From a virus (Duplodnaviria; Caudoviricetes), in the IMG/VR virus record IMGVR_UViG_3300044714_000024, positions 204 through 64,203 of that record: DNA of 64,000 bases; one strand, written 5' to 3'. The translations under genes were made by a program, and so were the position numbers. The notes beneath the pieces are model-generated. The model did no database searches and was not told the DNA's origin. It saw nothing but the letters and a program-made list of their open reading frames with translations. Positions 27,584 through 36,769 of the stretch are shown piece after piece (the stretch's first letter is position 1; every line of letters begins with the position of its first letter).

Positions 27584-28170
27584 CCAATATCCCCGCGCTC
27601 AAAGCTGCCAACGCGGCGCGATGGAAGGCGATGCACACAATAGCGTCGCTTGGCCCGACGTTGGACGCTGTAGCTCATCGACTTATCGCTCCAACCGCCA
27701 AGGCTCAGTATCAGGTTGTCAGCGCGACAACGCATGTGCCGTGGTTCGTGATTGCCGTCATCCATGAACGGGAAGCCTCGCAAAGCTGGCTTGCTGGGCT
27801 GGCACAAGGCGATCCCTGGAATAGAGTCTCAATTCATGTGCCGCGCGGCATCGGGCCGTTTGCATCGTGGGAAGACGCGGCAGTCTATGCCCTCGAAAAA
27901 GCCCCGCCGTTCGCAGCGCGCTGGACCGATTGGACAATCGGTGGACTGCTCACACTTTTGGAGGAATACAATGGTCTGGGGTACGCCGCTCGCGGCGTGC
28001 CATCCCCATACGTTTGGGCCAGTACCGATCAATACCATTCGGGCAAATATATAGCCGATGGTCACTATGACCCGAATGCTATCGATCATCAACTTGGGTG
28101 TGCGGCGCTTTTGAGCCGGATGGCGCTTGCGGATAATTCAATCGTTTTCGACATAGGAGCATCGGTATGA
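27580..28170 (+). CDS. endolysin (lysozyme-like family)
   Basis: Y..V...T.VPW..IA.IH.RE.S, GPF.SWE.AA..AL, LE.YNG.GY...G.PSPY.W..T..Y..GKY.ADG.YD....D.QLGCA. Confidence 0.88.
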   Translation: MTNIPALKAANAARWKAMHTIASLGPTLDAVAHRLIAPTAKAQYQVVSATTHVPWFVIAVIHEREASQSWLAGLAQGDPWNRVSIHVPRGIGPFASWEDAAVYALEKAPPFAARWTDWTIGGLLTLLEEYNGLGYAARGVPSPYVWASTDQYHSGKYIADGHYDPNAIDHQLGCAALLSRMALADNSIVFDIGASV

Positions 28171-28550
28171 CCCAAGACGAATTTTTCTCAACTCTACGCA
28201 GCGGTTCAGTGTTCATAGCGGGCGCTGCGACGGTTATGGGCCTCAACGCCATATCGGCGACTGACCTTCAAACCGATTTTGACCACATGATAAACGGGGC
28301 TAAGGAGTTTTGGCTTGGCGCCGGTCCTCTTGTCGGGCTTGCAATCGCGTGGTGGGGGAAGAACAAGGCCAGTCTTACCTCTCAGAAAGCATCGGTTGCG
28401 GCGAGCGGTGCTCTTGTCGTGCAGCCTAGCTCGCCATCAGCAACAGTTGCGATTGCAAACGCGATTGCGGCCATTCCGCAGATTGACAAGGTAGTTGCCA
28501 CGGCGCCAGTGGCACAAGCGACGCCGAGCAATAAAGTGGTGGCATCATGA
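28167..28550 (+). CDS. putative holin
   Basis: Two hydrophobic segments; coupled to the endolysin gene. Confidence 0.6.
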   Translation: MTQDEFFSTLRSGSVFIAGAATVMGLNAISATDLQTDFDHMINGAKEFWLGAGPLVGLAIAWWGKNKASLTSQKASVAASGALVVQPSSPSATVAIANAIAAIPQIDKVVATAPVAQATPSNKVVAS

Positions 28551-28699
28551 ACCCAGAGCTTATCGCCGAACTCGCCGCGAAGAACAGCGCGGACCTCGAA
28601 GCCATCATCGCTAAGATCGGGATTGCAACGCTGTTGGCGCTGGCACCGAACTTCATGAATATCGTCAAGACGGTGCAGGCGCATCAGCCGACCAAATAG
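28547..28699 (+). CDS. 50-aa lysis-cassette protein
   Basis: ATGA overlap; MNPELIAELAAKNS...IGIATLLALAP. Confidence 0.55.
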   Translation: MNPELIAELAAKNSADLEAIIAKIGIATLLALAPNFMNIVKTVQAHQPTK

Positions 28700-28703
28700 A
28701 GTT

Positions 28704-28752
28704 TTTGTGTCACGAGAGGCTAACGCGAACTGAGAGACCGGACTCGGTCAAC
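28704..28752 (+). repeat. repeat family B, copy 2 (left arm of 49-bp inverted repeat)
   Basis: 48/49 identical to the reverse complement of 29047-29095. Confidence 0.95.
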
Positions 28753-28774
28753 CAACCATCAGGAGAGAAATAGA

Positions 28775-29038
28775 ATGGCTTATCAGAACGAAACGAAAAG
28801 TACCGCAATTGAAATGCCGTCGCTTGTGGGCGATGGAGAGAGACTCAATGGGCGCTTAAACGATATGGCGATGCGTGTTGCGAAAATCGCCGATACTTTG
28901 CACGGCACCGCGCCGCGGGATGCGTCAGCAAAGCCCGGTGCGCCCGTTGCCAGTTCCGTTCGGCGCAATGTAGATACTGCTTTCGAAATCGTGGCGGATA
29001 TCGAAACTGAATTACAGCGCATCGAAAGTCGCCTCTAA
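28775..29038 (+). CDS. 87-aa helical-hairpin protein enclosed by inverted repeat
   Basis: AGGAG RBS; two amphipathic helices. Confidence 0.75.
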   Translation: MAYQNETKSTAIEMPSLVGDGERLNGRLNDMAMRVAKIADTLHGTAPRDASAKPGAPVASSVRRNVDTAFEIVADIETELQRIESRL

Positions 29039-29046
29039 GGCGCCCC

Positions 29047-29095
29047 GTTGACCGAGTCCGGTCTCTCAGTTCGCGTTAGCCTCGCGTGACACAAA
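29047..29095 (-). repeat. repeat family B, copy 3 (right arm)
   Basis: Reverse complement of copies 1 and 2. Confidence 0.95.
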
Positions 29096-29183
29096 GCAGA
29101 CTCAATCTAAAACTGTGATGTTGTAATTTAGTCACGACTTTATCTGCTAGGCGTATGGCGTAACTTCAACATTGGAGAGACTC

Positions 29184-29993
29184 ATGCGCAAACTGTTTCT
29201 GGGGACTGTGGCGCTTATTGCGCTTTCTGTTCCTGCATATGCGGCAGATATGGCTCTGAAGGCCACTCCCCCGCCTGCCCCTGCCGGTTCCGGCTGGTTC
29301 GTCGGTATTCTCACTGAGGCCGATGTCGCTCAATCGAATGTCAGCGGTACGAACGTCTTTGCTACAAGCCTCGCCAGCGGCAATCTGACGGCCACTGGTG
29401 GCTCTGTCGGCGGTCGCGTTGGCTTTATCGGCGGCGGCCAACTCGGTTGGTACAGAGGGCTCCTGACCGGCGCTTGGGCCAATATCTCCGGTAACAACAG
29501 CGTTGGCGCGACGGCAACCACAAGTGCCGCAAGCGCGGCCATCGCCAGCCGATGGAGCTCGACCCAGGAATTCGATATTGGCGTCGAGTGGTTGCAACGC
29601 ATCACTGCGGCTCTGCCGACGTTGGGCAACATCAATCTGTTCCCGGCCATCACACCGATCACCCCGACCGTTCCTGTTGGGGCACCAAAGCAATACATCG
29701 GCGTTGGCCTCAAGGAAGCCGGGATCAGTGGGTCATTCGGTGCGGCGTCGGGTACGCAAGTCGGCATCTATCCGATAGTCACTGGTGGCTTCATCTGGCC
29801 CACGCTCGGCGCCAATGGTTTGCCCAATGGGGGCGCCATCGATGCCTCTGCCGGTGTCGCGTTTCCCGTGAAAGGTTTCACGATGAATAACGCCTTCGCC
29901 ACCAACGGTGCTCCGCTCACGTTCGGCGCCGGTGCAAATCTCGGAACGCAGTATTGGACGCGGCTGAGCTACGATTTTGCCGTGAGTAAGTAA
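29184..29993 (+). CDS. outer-membrane beta-barrel protein (Omp25/RopB-like moron)
   Basis: Signal peptide AYA|ADMALKATPPP..GSGWFVG; C-terminal strand RLSYDF. Confidence 0.8.
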   Translation: MRKLFLGTVALIALSVPAYAADMALKATPPPAPAGSGWFVGILTEADVAQSNVSGTNVFATSLASGNLTATGGSVGGRVGFIGGGQLGWYRGLLTGAWANISGNNSVGATATTSAASAAIASRWSSTQEFDIGVEWLQRITAALPTLGNINLFPAITPITPTVPVGAPKQYIGVGLKEAGISGSFGAASGTQVGIYPIVTGGFIWPTLGANGLPNGGAIDASAGVAFPVKGFTMNNAFATNGAPLTFGAGANLGTQYWTRLSYDFAVSK

Positions 29994-30027
29994 CCCGTGC
30001 GTGCGTAACCCTCCCAATTGTGACTTG

Positions 30028-30053
30028 ATGGGGCGCAAATGCCCCATACTTTC
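30028..30053 (+). terminator. intrinsic terminator after porin gene
   Basis: ATGGGGC-GCAAAT-GCCCCAT followed by ACTTTC. Confidence 0.55.
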
Positions 30054-30185
30054 GTCCTAGGCCCAAGACTTTCGTACCAGTACGTCAGAATGAATAGCGC
30101 GTGGAACCGAAGGACCATAGTATGATTTGCCATGTGGGAGGCCGCTTCGTTGACTGCCGCCGTCTTTATGGAGGAATGGCTTAAC

Positions 30186-30614
30186 ATGCCGCGCCGTCCG
30201 CTCCCGCGAAATGGAAGGGGTGCACTGACCCCCGCGACGCAAATCTCATTGACGGTCGTCCAGTTCATTGCCGTTCTCGCCATCGTCAGTCTAGCAGTCG
30301 GAGGTTATTGGTGGTTGGAATCGAACGTCACGACCGCGGCCGCCAAAGTCGATACGTTTAGCGCCAAGTTGGATCAGGCGGTCAAAGCCAATACGGATCA
30401 GTTCAAGGACCAGGATAACAAGCGCGAGCAATTGGGCAAGGATTTTCTCGCCAGTCAACAGCAGATCGTCGCAAAAGTTTCAGAACTCAATACCGCCGTC
30501 ACAGTGCAGCAGCACGACACAAAGACGATTGCCGATACGCTATCAAAGATCAGCGACCAATTGAGCGCGGTGTCCGTCAGTCCAGCAGGGAAGCCGTGTG
30601 TTGGCCGGTGTTAG
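30186..30614 (+). CDS. single-TM coiled-coil protein
   Basis: GGAGG upstream; one TM segment, then heptad repeats. Confidence 0.7.
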   Translation: MPRRPLPRNGRGALTPATQISLTVVQFIAVLAIVSLAVGGYWWLESNVTTAAAKVDTFSAKLDQAVKANTDQFKDQDNKREQLGKDFLASQQQIVAKVSELNTAVTVQQHDTKTIADTLSKISDQLSAVSVSPAGKPCVGRC

Positions 30615-31133
30615 ATGGCTGACGGCAAGGGCGATATTCAACTTTCGTGGGTGACTATCGTTGGGGCCGCTACCGTCGTGGGGCTAATGGCTGCCGCCGG
30701 CTGGACGATCTTTCAGAATGAATTTGCCAACGTCAAGGAAACTGCCGCCGAAGATCGCAGGCAATCGGCACTTTATTACAACACCAATCGGGACGATTTG
30801 ATCCGCCGAGAGACGGAAATCAAAGCGACCTTCAATCTCTATCTGACAAAGGACGAGCACAGAGCGTTTCTGGACGGCGTGACCAGGGATATGGCCACCT
30901 TAAAAGACCGGGTGGATACGATCCAGCGCATTCAAGAATCGCGGTCCTCCAAATTGGCGCGCGATCCGGTCGAGCAAAAAACCATCGATGCGATCAATCA
31001 GGCGATCGATAAGCGGATTGATTTGATCCAAACACAAATTACCGACATCAATCGGCAGATCGCGGCGGCACTGATCATCATCGACAATAATAATTTAGGA
31101 CCGAGGAAGAATCCGCCTGGGCTTCCTCCATAA
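30615..31133 (+). CDS. single-TM coiled-coil protein
   Basis: N-terminal TM segment, then coiled coil. Confidence 0.7.
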   Translation: MADGKGDIQLSWVTIVGAATVVGLMAAAGWTIFQNEFANVKETAAEDRRQSALYYNTNRDDLIRRETEIKATFNLYLTKDEHRAFLDGVTRDMATLKDRVDTIQRIQESRSSKLARDPVEQKTIDAINQAIDKRIDLIQTQITDINRQIAAALIIIDNNNLGPRKNPPGLPP

Positions 31134-31312
31134 AGTAAGAGCGCCGTTCCGCTCTAGAAACGACGCCCCTTCGTGACAGTTCTTCCAAAAAGTACGGGTC
31201 GCTATGTGATGAGTGATCCTACATGCAGGTATTCTCCGCACAAGGTTTAGTTGCGGGGTGAGTGTGGTCTGGTATCCACAGGTTGTCAACACTTTGTGGA
31301 AGGAAGAAAAGA

Positions 31313-31368
31313 TGCTGACTCATTCCTGATCATGGGGTGCGGAGACGGCACGGAAATTCACACGACCG
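31313..31368 (-). repeat. repeat family A copy
   Basis: 54/56 identical to the reverse complement of 48735-48790. Confidence 0.9.
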
Positions 31369-31372
31369 TTTG

Positions 31373-31447
31373 TGGTGCCCAAGGAAGGATTCGAACCCAC
31401 GACCAACGGTTTACAAAACCGCTGCTCTACCGCTGAGCTACTCGGGC
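31373..31447 (-). tRNA. tRNA-Thr(TGT)
   Basis: Cloverleaf GCCCGAG...GCGGT-TTTGTAA-ACCGT...CTTGGGC-A-CCA; T-stem imperfect. Confidence 0.9.
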
Positions 31448-31458
31448 GTTCCACAAAA

Positions 31459-31535
31459 TGGTCGGAGAACTACGATTCGAACGTAGAACCCTCTGCTCCC
31501 AAAGCAGATGCTCTACCAGGTTGAGCTATTCTCCG
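31459..31535 (-). tRNA. tRNA-Pro(TGG)
   Basis: CGGAGAA...TCTGC-TTTGGGA-GCAGA...TTCTCCG-A-CCA; C1-G72 and A73. Confidence 0.93.
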
Positions 31536-31555
31536 AAACTCATTCAACTCCTATT

Positions 31556-31633
31556 TGGTCGGGGCTAACTGGATTTGAACCAGCGACCTTCGGCTCTGCA
31601 AGCCGACGCTCTACCGGACTGAGCTAAGCCCCT
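31556..31633 (-). tRNA. atypical tRNA, anticodon GCA (Cys) on a Pro-like body
   Basis: TCGGC-TTGCAGA-GCCGA arm; D and T arms normal; acceptor irregular, ending GACCA. Confidence 0.75.
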
Positions 31634-31640
31634 ATCTCGT

Positions 31641-33269
31641 TTAGTCCCACCGATCGATGCGATAGGTAGTCCATGAAGCGCCCGCAAGCGTGCGCAGTAA
31701 ACAATCCGCCGCGCCCTTACGAATGTCGTAGCCGCACGCACTAGCTTGATCTTGGCCGGCCATTGGCGCGGAGCGCGAATAGGCTTCGATCACCGCGCGT
31801 GCGCCGTGAATGTCATCCCGCAGACATTCCGGAAAAAGCGCGTTGCCCTGGCCGGTGCGGATATCCGCGGCACCGTCGATGATCAGAATCACGCCGTCGC
31901 TAAGAAACGGCATCGGTCGCGTGCCCCATAGATTCGGGAATGGCGTTATGGCGTTCACCTTGGCCCATGTGCCGGCCGTCAAACGCCATTGGCTTGCTTC
32001 GCTGCCGTTGTTATAGCAGTACCAAGCAACCGGATTGCGCTCATCCTCGCGATCCCATTTGAGAATAGGAGGCGCGTCGGAGTGAGCGGCCGTGGTCATG
32101 GCGATAAAACGCCCGCGGTATGGGACGTGGATTTCGAGTTGCTGGATATCCGGCAGGATGATCCGCATAAACTTGTCCCATGTCATCGTGATAGACGGCA
32201 TATCGACTGGGCGCACAGTCCCGGCGTCGTCTTTTGGCTTGATATGGCCGAACACGCCGCCAGCCTTCATTGCTTCGCGGCGCGCGGGTGGAAGCCATGT
32301 TGCGCGGATATCATCCAAGCACGCGAAGCGGCGTTCCAGTGATGGGGCGATGCCAAGCTTGGCGACCAATTCTTCGGCCGCACGGATATTGGCCGCAGCC
32401 GGCGCGGCCTGTGGCCGCTGGTAAGCCAGAGGGTGCATCTTTGCATCAAACCGCGCCTTGATTTCTGCGAACGGGAGACCCGCTACAATGTCATCCAAGA
32501 GGGGGCCGATAACCGAGGCCTTCGGATGGCAATAACCTTCGGGCGCCGTGGCGATGGCAAGCCACAGGATATTCTCGCCGAGTTTTCCTTTCGGGCGGTC
32601 ATGAAGAGTGCGAAGCCATTTGACCGGGCCGATGAACTTTTCGCTGCGCGCCAGCGTGGCCGCCTGCAACAGCCGCAATGCTTCATCGAGCATTGCGGGC
32701 TTGAATTCAGTCAGGGCGGTAGCGACGGTGCGGAAGTTTTCTTTCGCCGCCGCCATGGCTTGGCCAGCGGACAGCGCTCGTTCGCGGTAGACCATCGCCG
32801 CTGGCGGTTGAACGGAAATGTGCGACCAATCTCCCGTGACTGGATTGCCCCACGTTGTTTGTTTGGTCAGAAAGATCGAAGTCACGCGAGCCTTTTTCAC
32901 GCGCGCGTACATCGCCGCGAAAGCCGTGCGGTAAAATTCGGGAACGCCGTCAGGATTCCACATGGCCGGAGTCGTTGTGCCGTCGTCGGCAATCATGACC
33001 AGCAATCCGTAAGTCTCGATAAATCGACGGCAGCACGAACAATTGTGAACCTGCCGTTCGCTCGGCAATGAATCCAGATAGAGCGTGTTAAGATTTTCCG
33101 CGTTGGTCTGAAACAACTTGGCGCCGCTCGCGGCGATGGCCGTAAAGGAATGCCGGACACCAAGCAAAAGCGCGCTGTAGTCGTGTTCATGAGTGGGGCG
33201 CGTGGCGCGGGCTCGCGGCGCGGCCGAAATCGCCGCCTTGCGGCGGCTGCGGTTGGGGTGATTGATCAT
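31641..33269 (-). CDS. conserved hypothetical phage protein (HNCSCCRRFI motif)
   Basis: 542-aa ORF with its own promoter; probable metal-binding HNCxCC. Confidence 0.8.
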   Translation of the reverse strand: MINHPNRSRRKAAISAAPRARATRPTHEHDYSALLLGVRHSFTAIAASGAKLFQTNAENLNTLYLDSLPSERQVHNCSCCRRFIETYGLLVMIADDGTTTPAMWNPDGVPEFYRTAFAAMYARVKKARVTSIFLTKQTTWGNPVTGDWSHISVQPPAAMVYRERALSAGQAMAAAKENFRTVATALTEFKPAMLDEALRLLQAATLARSEKFIGPVKWLRTLHDRPKGKLGENILWLAIATAPEGYCHPKASVIGPLLDDIVAGLPFAEIKARFDAKMHPLAYQRPQAAPAAANIRAAEELVAKLGIAPSLERRFACLDDIRATWLPPARREAMKAGGVFGHIKPKDDAGTVRPVDMPSITMTWDKFMRIILPDIQQLEIHVPYRGRFIAMTTAAHSDAPPILKWDREDERNPVAWYCYNNGSEASQWRLTAGTWAKVNAITPFPNLWGTRPMPFLSDGVILIIDGAADIRTGQGNALFPECLRDDIHGARAVIEAYSRSAPMAGQDQASACGYDIRKGAADCLLRTLAGASWTTYRIDRWD

Positions 33270-33312
33270 TTTCGGGCTCGCCCCTGAAATCCCCGAGGCG
33301 CAGGCAACCCCT

Positions 33313-33341
33313 CGTATGAATCAACTTTTACGGCCTGTCAA
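33313..33341 (-). promoter_or_regulatory. sigma70-type promoter
   Basis: TTGACA-17 bp-CATACG on the minus strand, upstream of 33269. Confidence 0.5.
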
Positions 33342-33468
33342 CTGCTAAAATCGCCGGTTGAACGCGACATCCAATCCGCTCACGTCCATCAAGAATGACC
33401 CAGCACTTAACCTTGCCTACCTTCTTTCCTTCGTCTATCGTCCCCAACTCAACAGGAGGGCTAACACA

Positions 33469-33822
33469 ATGAGCGAAGATAACCGCGATGAGGCTGTCCA
33501 ATTGGCCGGCGCGCTACAGGTCAAGGTGGACGATATCTTTGCGCGTAATGACCAGCTTGAGGCGGAAAATGATTCTCTCAGGGTTGGCTTTGAAGCCGTG
33601 TCAGCCGAAAATACCGCACTGCGTTCCGCGCTCGATAAGCGCACCCGCCAACGTGACGCCGCCGCCCGCGAAGCGGATTTGCTCAAGGTTCAAATCCAAA
33701 AAATCTATTCGACCGCGGCCGAGACAATGCGGGCCATTCGACCGGAGCGCGGTGATCGATTGCCGCCGGCTGAGACTGCGGGAAACTTGGCGTTCCTCAA
33801 GAGGTCAGTCGCTAGCGGCTAA
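33469..33822 (+). CDS. coiled-coil protein, opposite strand to neighbours
   Basis: AGGAGG RBS; TTGCCT-17-TATCGT promoter-like element upstream; heptad repeats. Confidence 0.75.
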   Translation: MSEDNRDEAVQLAGALQVKVDDIFARNDQLEAENDSLRVGFEAVSAENTALRSALDKRTRQRDAAAREADLLKVQIQKIYSTAAETMRAIRPERGDRLPPAETAGNLAFLKRSVASG

Positions 33823-33955
33823 CTTGTCTACTGTCGGGGGACTCGCCACTCTCGGCCGCATACGTCGCATGTCCAACTATATTTCAAATGAAGATGCTGG
33901 CGCCAGTGAAATAGCAGACACCAAAAATCTCCGAAGGTTTTTGGCGAATAGAGTT

Positions 33956-34189
33956 TCATTCCGACATACTCTTGTTTAGCCGTCCCAATATTGTCCGACG
34001 TGCCTTTCGAGTTGCCGTCACCAAGCGCCGCGCTTTGAAGTGTATCACGCCGTGCTTGTTTATGTGAAAGACAAACTCATGGACGAGTCCGCAATCGCAG
34101 CAACGTATTTTGTGGCGGCGTGCGGCCGGAATCCATTTGGTCCAGCCGGAACCGTTGACTTCGTGCTTGCAAAAATATCCCCGCGCCAT
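33956..34189 (-). CDS. small Cys-rich protein
   Basis: W..P......CCDCGLVH.F.F motif. Confidence 0.7.
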   Translation of the reverse strand: MARGYFCKHEVNGSGWTKWIPAARRHKIRCCDCGLVHEFVFHINKHGVIHFKARRLVTATRKARRTILGRLNKSMSE

Positions 34190-34201
34190 GCTGATCTCTT
34201 G

Positions 34202-34414
34202 TTACTCGGCAGGTGCTCGCCAGCGCCAAGCACCATCGTCAAATTCATAGTATCCGTCTTGCACGGTTGGCTTAGCGTTGGGCATGTAATCTGGCGCGGT
34301 AGGATCGGGAATTGGATCGCGTAAGAGCGGCACCGTAACCATCGTCCGATAATGGGATAGCTGTCTGCCAGCCCATGGTCCGCCGTCGCACCATCCTTCG
34401 ACTTTGAATCTCAT
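34202..34414 (-). CDS. hypothetical protein
   Basis: C.GGPW.G motif; chain of overlapping ORFs. Confidence 0.6.
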   Translation of the reverse strand: MRFKVEGWCDGGPWAGRQLSHYRTMVTVPLLRDPIPDPTAPDYMPNAKPTVQDGYYEFDDGAWRWRAPAE

Positions 34415-35120
34415 GACTTGCCTGCTTGTTGGCCATCAGCCGCTACTTTGACCTGGCACTTCGGTTTCTTCCGGTCGCCGTCAAATGTAGACGCCCCGCA
34501 GTGACCGCAATGCCATATCCATCGCTTCGGATGTCCGGCCGCGCCAAGACATTTGATCTGACACTCGAAGTCAGGAGCGATGAAGTCTGTTAGAGCAAGG
34601 GTCATGCTAATCGCTTATCTGTCGGCGCTTACGTGCATGAAGCCCACCCGAAATTCATCCGCCCCGCAGCTACAGCGGCCGCCTTTATGCCAAGAACAAT
34701 CCGAATCGTGCTCTGAAAGTGCGGCTCTAAGATTATTCAATTGCTCGCGGGCTGTAAGGGGGCGGCCGCGCACTTTATTTCCGGCCGCAATTGCTTCGTT
34801 CAATCGACGGCGCATATCCGCCGAACTCGTGATACTCATTTGTTTTCCCCTACTGTCTGCTCATCGGCGCCCGCGCGAATTACGCGCACGGTTTCAGCTA
34901 GTATATTTTGTTCATTCGGATGCCCCATCCAACGGCTACCGATGATGTCGGCAAGCCGGTCAGGATTAAGTGCCTCCCTCAACTCCGCGATCGTCCTCGC
35001 ATCGGATTCGATCTTGTCGGCCATGCATAGCGGGCACATCCCATCAGCGTGGGCGGCCACATCTATCTCGGCGGCATGATGCAAACACAGTCTCGCGTGA
35101 CTCATGGTTTTGCCTGCTTG

Positions 35121-35474
35121 TCAGGGACTAGTCGGCCGTTGGCCGTCGTCGCGGCAATTGCGTAAAGCCGGATCATTTGGTTTCACTCCATTCGCTATCG
35201 CCATCTCTCGATAGGTCAAGAACATCGGGAAGGGCGATGAGACATCGAACGCTTGCCGCGCCATCCGGCAAGAGAGATTGTGGGAAGATGACTGCAAGAG
35301 GAAGCCTGCGCAGGCAAACTCCCCACCTTCCAGCGATTTGTGGCAGGCAAAAATGCTGCGTGCCATATCCTCAGCGCATGGCGCTAGGATGCGGAACCGC
35401 TCGGCGGTGAAGCGACCTGGCGCAACGTCAGTGCGCCACGGGCACTCGTTGCATGGTGTCTTTATGTATTTCAC
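35121..35474 (-). CDS. DUF6283-like Cys-rich protein
   Basis: PC..CPWR.D..PG.F, FACHKS and CAGFL motifs. Confidence 0.75.
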   Translation of the reverse strand: MKYIKTPCNECPWRTDVAPGRFTAERFRILAPCAEDMARSIFACHKSLEGGEFACAGFLLQSSSHNLSCRMARQAFDVSSPFPMFLTYREMAIANGVKPNDPALRNCRDDGQRPTSP

Positions 35475-36454
35475 GGCTGCTCAGTCTTTCCGACTATCTC
35501 GGCGCATGTGCGGGCGCGTTCAATCCAGCAAGGGAACCCTGTTTCCTTTTCAAGCTCAGCAAGCAATATCTCGCCGATCCAGAACAGATCGCCGCGCGTG
35601 TTATCGATGATTGCCTGGCGCAATCTGCCGAGCGCATTCACGTTGTCGTTTGCCTGCTCTGTCATCGTATATGCCCGAATGCGATGAGCGCCTTAACCTG
35701 TTTGGGTGACAGAAGCACTCGGTCTTTGACCGTATCGCCATCGAACTGAGTGATGCCGAGATATTTGTTCTCGGTGAGATCGAAGCGGACTTCACAATTA
35801 TAGTTGCCTTTGTCGCCAGCAATTTTGTCGCTGTATTTGGTCTCTGTTGGAGCACCCATAGAGGCTTCTTGCTGTTGGGGGTTTAATGCACGACTGCGAT
35901 AACTTCGACCATTTGGCGATCAAGATTATAGGTGACATCGCTCACGCGCCACGACTTCTGCCCAAACACAATGGTTTCGCCGACGCGCGGGACCTGCATT
36001 CTTTCGTAGTTCCGAAATATGTCCGGCTCGCCGCGCTGGTGAAAAAGGAACTGAACCTCTAGATTCTCGGCCATCGGGTTCTCCAAAGCAATGTGATGTT
36101 AAGCCGTTCCTTGCGGCGCGATATGATCGAGCATTTCAGGCGGTAAGATACCGTCGCGGTTCTTTTGCTCGGCTTCCGTCGCGAGATTTCGTAGCTCCGG
36201 CGCGATCCATTCAAGGCCGGTGGTTTTGCCTAAATATGCTGGGGACTTGTGATGCTTGTCGTAGATGTCTGCCAGTCCACGCGCCTCCTTTGGCCCAACG
36301 TGAAGCATCGAGGTATGGATCATCATCATTACGCGCCAGCCTTTAGTCTCGATCCACGTTAATCCAACGGTCAGCGTCGCGCCTTCGGGCGCCGACATGG
36401 CAGCATCACCAAACTTCCGAAACGCCTTGTTCGGATTCATGGAGTGACTACTGA

Positions 36455-36769
36455 TTAGCCGGTCGCGGTGCGTTTGGTCTGCATGTACCATCGCATCCGG
36501 TCGTGCTTTCGTTCCTGCGCCGCCACTTCGATTTGCGGATTATATAAGTCCAGGTCTCTCACCATCGTCAGAAGATAGCGCAGGTCGCCAATCTCGTTGG
36601 CGAGGATTTCAGTATTAGGTCTGCCGTCAGGTTCCGGTCTATTCTCTTTTCCAAATCGCAGGAGCTTGCTCGCGGCTTGCGTTACCTCCGCACATTCCTC
36701 CATGAGGACGGTGAGGACTTCGCGTTCGTAGTCCGTGAGCGGCGTGCCGTTAGGCTGATACTGTGCCAT
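36455..36769 (-). CDS. MazG-like nucleotide pyrophosphohydrolase
   Basis: L.EEC.EV.QA.SK..RFG...L..EIGDL. Confidence 0.75.
   Translation of the reverse strand: MAQYQPNGTPLTDYEREVLTVLMEECAEVTQAASKLLRFGKENRPEPDGRPNTEILANEIGDLRYLLTMVRDLDLYNPQIEVAAQERKHDRMRWYMQTKRTATG

Noticed and set aside
31373-31633. tRNA genes as prophage attachment site or host boundary
   Set aside because: Phage genes continue on both sides, there is no direct-repeat tRNA fragment and no integrase.
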